From contig NC_002677.1 in NCBI RefSeq assembly GCF_000195855.1, positions 1,920,001-1,952,000 of the forward strand: a stretch of 32,000 bases of DNA, given 5' to 3'. The notes below the pieces were generated by a model. The model did not search any database. It saw only the letters and a program-made list of their open reading frames with translations, and was not told where the DNA came from. Position 1 is the first letter of the stretch. Each line of letters opens with the position of its first letter. Positions 27,637-32,000 of this stretch are shown piece by piece. Position numbers and translations under genes: made by a program. Source of the DNA: Mycobacterium leprae TN. Lineage in GTDB: Bacteria; Actinomycetota; Actinomycetes; Mycobacteriales; Mycobacteriaceae.

Positions 27637-29427
27637 ATGACCCAATCGGATCACCGCCACACGCGGCCAAGCAGCTACGGGGGAACTGTGTTGACGCAAC
27701 GGGTCAGCCAAGCCACTGTCGAAGACAGCCGACCGTTGCGGGGTTGGCAACGTCGAGCAATGGTAAAGTATTTGGCCAGCCAACCACGCGACTTCCTGGC
27801 CGTTGCCACGCCTGGATCCGGGAAAACAACGTTCGCCCTACGGGTGATGACCGAACTGCTGAACAGTCACGCTGTCGAGCAGGTTACCGTCGTTGTTCCC
27901 ACCGAGCACCTCAAGGTTCAGTGGACCCGGGCCGCGGCAACCCACGGTCTGGCCCTGGACCCGAAATTTTCCAACACCAACCCGCGGACCTCGCCGGAGT
28001 ATCACGGCGTGACGATGACCTACGCTCAAGTCGCCGCACATCCGACACTGCACCGGGTGCGCACCGAAGGTCGCAGAACCTTGGTGATCTTTGATGAGAT
28101 CCATCATGGCGGTAACGCCAAGGCTTGGGGCGACGCTATCCGAGAAGCCTTCAGCGACGCGACGCGCCGACTTGCACTGACGGGCACGCCATTTCGCAGC
28201 GACGACAAGCCAATTCCGTTCGTCACCTACGCACTCGACGCGGACGGGCTGATGCATTCACAGGCCGACCACACCTATAGCTACGCCGAAGGCCTTGCCG
28301 ACGGCGTAGTCCGGCCGGTGGTGTTCCTTGTCTATTCTGGGCAGGCGCGTTGGCGAAATAGTGCGGGTGAAGAACACGCGGCTCGACTGGGCGAGCCGCT
28401 GTCTGCGGAACAGACCGCGCGGGCGTGGCGGACCGCGCTGGACCCCTCTGGGGAATGGATGCCGGCGGTCATCTCCGCGGCCGATCAACGACTGCGCCAG
28501 CTTCGTACGCATGTACCCGACGCCGGTGGCATGATCATCGCATCCGATCAGACCGCAGCCCGCGCGTACGCCAACCTGCTGGCGCAAATGACCTCAGAAA
28601 CGCCGACGTTGGTGTTGTCCGACGACCCGGGATCTTCGGCCCGCATCACCGAATTCGCCAAGAACACCAGTCAGTGGCTAATCGCAGTCCGGATGGTCTC
28701 TGAGGGCGTCGACATACCTCGGTTGTCGGTGGGGATCTATGCCACCAGTGCCTCAACGCCGTTGTTCTTCGCACAGGCTATCGGCCGGTTCGTGCGGTCT
28801 CGTCATCCAGGAGAAACCGCAAGCATATTCGTCCCGTCGGTGCCTAATCTGCTGCAGCTGGCCAGTGAGTTGGAGACCCAGCGCAACCATGTGCTGGGCA
28901 AACCGCACCGCGAATCAACCGACAATCCCCTCGGGGGCAATCCCGCCACGATGACACAAACCGAGCAAGACGACACTGAGAAGTATTTCACCGCAATAGG
29001 AGCCGACGCCGAACTGGATCAGATCATTTTTGATGGATCATCGTTCGGCACCGCTACTCCTGCCGGGAGCGAGGAAGAAGCCTACTACCTCGGTATCCCT
29101 GGGTTGCTGGATGCCGACCAGATGCGAGCGCTGCTGCACCGCCGCCAAAACGAGCAGCTCCAAAAGCGGACCGCTGCACAACAAGCATCATCAACACCGG
29201 ATAGGACCTCCGGGGCGCCGGCGTCTGTGCATGGCCAACTCCGCGAGCTGCGCCGCGAACTCAACTCGCTAGTCTCAATAGCCCATCACCATACCGGCAA
29301 GCCGCACGGCTGGATCCACAACGAACTTCGACGACGCTGCGGAGGACCGCCGATCGCCGCTGCTACCCACGATCAACTCAAAGCACGCATCGATGCCGTG
29401 CGGCAGCTCAACGCCGAGCCGTCGTAA
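27637..29427 (+). CDS. Superfamily-2 DEXH-box helicase-like protein (Rv2917-like), function unknown, intact
   Basis: A 596-aa intact ORF. The helicase motifs are I ATPGSGKTTFA, II VIFDEIHHGG, III LALTGTPFRSD and VI QAIGRFVRS. The C-terminal region of about 170 aa (...HGQLRELRRELNSLVSIAHHHTGKPHGWIHNELRRRCGGPPIAAATHDQLKARIDAVRQL) has no motif I recognise. The exact start is uncertain because there is no good SD before the ATG at 27637. Confidence 0.88.
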   Translation: MTQSDHRHTRPSSYGGTVLTQRVSQATVEDSRPLRGWQRRAMVKYLASQPRDFLAVATPGSGKTTFALRVMTELLNSHAVEQVTVVVPTEHLKVQWTRAAATHGLALDPKFSNTNPRTSPEYHGVTMTYAQVAAHPTLHRVRTEGRRTLVIFDEIHHGGNAKAWGDAIREAFSDATRRLALTGTPFRSDDKPIPFVTYALDADGLMHSQADHTYSYAEGLADGVVRPVVFLVYSGQARWRNSAGEEHAARLGEPLSAEQTARAWRTALDPSGEWMPAVISAADQRLRQLRTHVPDAGGMIIASDQTAARAYANLLAQMTSETPTLVLSDDPGSSARITEFAKNTSQWLIAVRMVSEGVDIPRLSVGIYATSASTPLFFAQAIGRFVRSRHPGETASIFVPSVPNLLQLASELETQRNHVLGKPHRESTDNPLGGNPATMTQTEQDDTEKYFTAIGADAELDQIIFDGSSFGTATPAGSEEEAYYLGIPGLLDADQMRALLHRRQNEQLQKRTAAQQASSTPDRTSGAPASVHGQLRELRRELNSLVSIAHHHTGKPHGWIHNELRRRCGGPPIAAATHDQLKARIDAVRQLNAEPS

Positions 29428-29447
29428 ACACGGATTTAGCTCACCGC

Positions 29448-31814
29448 TCATCGGCCGGAGCGCTCTGCGCAAGTGCCGTTCAACCCACCGTTCGCAGTGC
29501 TGCATCGCCACCCCCGGTCAGGCTTGGCCGGCAGCACCACACAAAACACATCAACCGCGGTTGAGCCGAACATTTTAACCTTCGCCCAGACGCTGTCTGC
29601 TCCAGCTCGCTTCAACGCCCGGATCAGCAACACGAGCAAACCCACCCAGTCCATGGCACGGACCCCGAGAATCAGCCTGTCCTTGGGCGACGTTGTCGAG
29701 CCACAGGCTGCGTGGCAGGCACACCCCCGCCAGCAACCCTCCTCCACCCGGGCGGACGACGAGCTAGCGGCCTCGCCATCCCGCTTCTCCACACATATCG
29801 AGGACGTTGATGTCCGCCGGCAAAGGCACCGAAGAACTGCGAACATGGTAGTTCGGCTGCTGCCGAGGAACCAAAAGTCGGTGACACCAAGAATTCGGTG
29901 ACCGCTGCGCCTTGGATGCTGATGACCGACGCCGAGTAGACTCGTGGCGAATTCAACGCCAGCTTTCGACACCAATCCCCGCGCATCCGAGGCGACCATC
30001 GCGATGTTGTACATGCTGTGCGCCGTTGCCCAGCCTAATTTCCACGTGGACCCCGTGGTCGGCCGAAAGTGCAACATTGTGGAGCGCAGTCGGATTCGCC
30101 TGCGGCAGTGCATCACCCGCCATCACCATCGGGCAGCGATCGACCAAATCCTGAATCAGAGACACCGTCCAGCGCAGTCCACACCTTGGGGTCGATGGCC
30201 TTCGAGTCCACCTCCATCAGCGCGTACTTTACCTAAAGTAATACTTGTCAATACGTTCTCGGATCGTTCAAGTCACCTCGAGTAGCCGCGATGGGAAACA
30301 GCAAGTGGTAGTGGATCAGCGTGGCGAGCATCTCGACGTCTAAAGGCGAGGCCTCAAGTCGGGCGCCAATCTGTTGGATCAGTTCCCTGCCGACCAGACT
30401 ATGATCAGTGACCCGGCCCTTGCCGATGTCATGCAGCAGCGCACCAAGCTCAAGCAGATCGAGTCGGCGCTACCTGGGTGGACAGCGGTGCTGCTTGGAC
30501 AGTGGTCTCGACGGGGTTAACGGTCCACCATGCACGACGCCGCGGGGCGGAAGGTCGCTAATTGCACCCATTCTGGCAACAACCGGTCCCATACATAACC
30601 CGGTGCTTGAACACTTCGATTGTCACCACGGCGATGAGGCCAGCGCTTAGCACTACCAAAAGATCAGCTAAAACCTCACGACGACCACGAAGTTTGCATC
30701 TCAGCGGCATTGGTGGCCAAGCGACACTCAGCGTAGCATCGCTGATAAGTAATCCGATAGCGGCCGATGCAGCAGTGACACTACACTATCAGACCGAGGT
30801 CGTTTTCCAGTTGGGTATCACGGACCAGCAGGATTTCACCGGCGAATTCGATGACGCCCCCGTCTAATGGTCGTCGCCAACGCGATATGCCACGCCGCAG
30901 CAATGCGTTGACAGTGGTCCGCAGCCCAATTTCAATGTGATAAGCAATGGTGTGGCCGGCGTCCGACAGATCTAATCGGTCACCGATGCGCAAGACCGTA
31001 CTGATGTCGTCCACGTGCTAAGCCGGCAGCAAATCATGTCCACGACCAGATACCCGATGCAACTCGGTACGGACATTGAGCAGGGTGAGGCAGGCGGCGT
31101 CCAGCAAACCTACGGTCATGTCGGGTTGCTGTATGCCGTGGACGATCAATGAGTTGGGCGACGGCCAGCGCATCGAACAACTGAACGTCGCCAAGACCGC
31201 CACCACCCGATTTCAGGTCAGATTCAGCGCGCTCCGCTATCCGCAGGCAACGCTCCCAGCGGACATGCGCGATGTCGACCAGTTCGTCCATTCGGCAGCA
31301 AATCCCGCTGCGCCACTGCGATCGTACCCCGTAGAGCAGTTCGGCCGTTGACCCCGCAACACCGGTGATGTGGCGCGCTTCCAACATACCCAGGGCAGCA
31401 AGCATATTGGTGTTAGCTATGCCCCATGCCCCGAAGAAGGTTCACACGCTGTGGTCAAGCCGAACATCGGCGTTCCACAACGGATACCACAGCTGATCAG
31501 CGACCCGCTGTAGCATGTCAACAGACATGCTGTCGTGCAATAGCATAAGGTCCAGGTCAGAGTAGGATAGTAACTCGCGGCTGTCCAGTCAGCCAATTGC
31601 CACGATCGCGAAATCACCAGTATCGGTGATTCCGATCTCGACCGACTTGGCAATCAGCCAGGACTCGTGCAGATCCAGCCACGCGTGGCGCAGCTGCGCT
31701 GCGTCAAGTTGACGATTCCCTTCAGACAGCAACTTTGGACGCTCAACAGCAAAATCTCTTGCTAAGAAAGCCGATACAGAGAACCCGGACGGGTCGTGCT
31801 GACTGGGGTTTCAT
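29448..31814 (-). pseudogene. glnD: PII uridylyl/adenylyl-transferase GlnD pseudogene
   Basis: The ATG at 31814 (MKPQSA...) is followed by a frameshift into SVSAFLARDFAVERPKLLSEGNRQLDAAQLRHAWLDLHESWLIAKSVEIGITDTGDFAIVAIG-stop(TGA 31589-31591)[19 protein letters not shown]...[20 protein letters not shown], the NTase domain. The HD motif LLHDIGKG is at 30416-30439. The last ACT domain is [47 protein letters not shown]. There are many frame changes in between. Confidence 0.9.
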
Positions 31815-31858
31815 CCCCACCCGGCCCTACACGGTAGATAAGCACTGTGCAGCTAACC

Positions 31859-32000
31859 TCATAACGCCTCAGATCCACATTCACCGGTGCGCACCCGGAC
31901 GACAGCCGCTACTGAAACAACTCAGACTTTGCCGTCACCAATCTTGCCAGCACGCGGCATGGACGATGCTGTCCCCCACCTTCTCGGCTATGGAATCGTC
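31859..32000 (-). pseudogene. glnB: Nitrogen regulatory protein PII (GlnB) 3' end with a premature stop; runs off the window
   Basis: The minus strand reads ...PRAGKIGDGKV-stop(TGA 31922-31924)-VVSVAAVVRVRTGECGSEAL-stop(31859-31861). The PII C-terminus is normally ...ARTGeiGDGKiWv.....iRiRTGE.g..AL, so a Trp codon has become TGA 20 codons before the natural stop. Only the last 47 or so codons are visible. Confidence 0.7.

Noticed and set aside
27522-28094. A 190-aa plus-strand ORF overlapping the 5' part of the helicase gene in another frame
   Set aside because: The helicase frame carries the Walker A and DEIH motifs in this span. The alternative frame is Arg/Pro-rich with no motifs.
25505-29427. 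htpG (a GHKL ATPase) next to an SF2 helicase as a possible two-gene defence or novel system
   Set aside because: htpG is a full-length canonical Hsp90-family chaperone, with N, middle and C domains all present. The helicase is the conserved Rv2917-type gene found next to ffh and glnD in relatives. Their adjacency is best explained by rearrangement. They are separated by a 161-bp spacer and show no signs of coupling.
29448-30116. A 222-aa minus-strand ORF that looks like a substantial intact gene
   Set aside because: Only its C-terminal third matches anything (the last ACT domain of GlnD). The rest is out-of-frame read-through of glnD debris. It is part of the glnD pseudogene.
1-32000. Search for tRNA, rRNA, CRISPR arrays, IS elements or transposase genes, prophage genes, toxin-antitoxin pairs and strong rho-independent terminators
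   Set aside because: I could not support any of them. There are no cloverleaf-like or rRNA-like segments, no regularly spaced repeats, no transposase or integrase motifs other than xerC, and no GC-hairpin plus T-tract downstream of the intact genes I inspected (amidase, xerC, htpG, helicase, DUF2469).

Overview
This is a high-GC actinobacterial chromosome segment. As far as I can recall, its gene order follows the Mycobacterium tuberculosis Rv2887-Rv2919c interval (MarR, amiC, tsf, rpsB, xerC, ..., rnhB, lepB, rplS, trmD, rimM, rpsP, ..., ffh, ..., glnD, glnB). About half of the genes are wrecked by frameshifts, in-frame stops and internal deletions. That pattern points to a reductively evolving mycobacterium of the M. 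leprae / M. lepromatosis type; the organism call is an inference, not a database hit.

By my coordinates, about 13.5 kb is intact coding sequence in 15 CDS: amidase, tsf, rpsB, xerC, a DUF2469-like protein, rnhB, lepB, rplS, trmD, rimM, a KH-domain protein, rpsP, ffh, htpG and an SF2 helicase. About 14.6 kb is recognisable gene wreckage in 15 pseudogenes: MarR, M23 peptidase, carbamoyltransferase, ATP-grasp, viuB-like, dprA-like, comM/yifB-like, yraN-like, fdhD, fdhF, lppW, pknI, amidohydrolase, glnD and glnB.

I found no rRNA, tRNA, CRISPR array, IS element or prophage. I did not find an intact novel system. The best leads are:
1. A dead ATP-grasp + carbamoyltransferase cassette between xerC and the viuB remnant that conserved synteny does not explain.
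2. A 57-bp perfect palindrome kept upstream of a MarR gene whose only obvious lesion is a 13-bp tandem duplication.
3. A synteny break that places htpG between ffh and an intact helicase of unknown function.
4. Several mechanistically informative lesions: compensated frameshift pairs, and large in-gene deletions that fuse distant motifs.

All pseudogene calls come from my own multi-frame reading of the sequence. Boundaries are approximate, and comparisons to M. tuberculosis proteins are from memory and need alignment to confirm.
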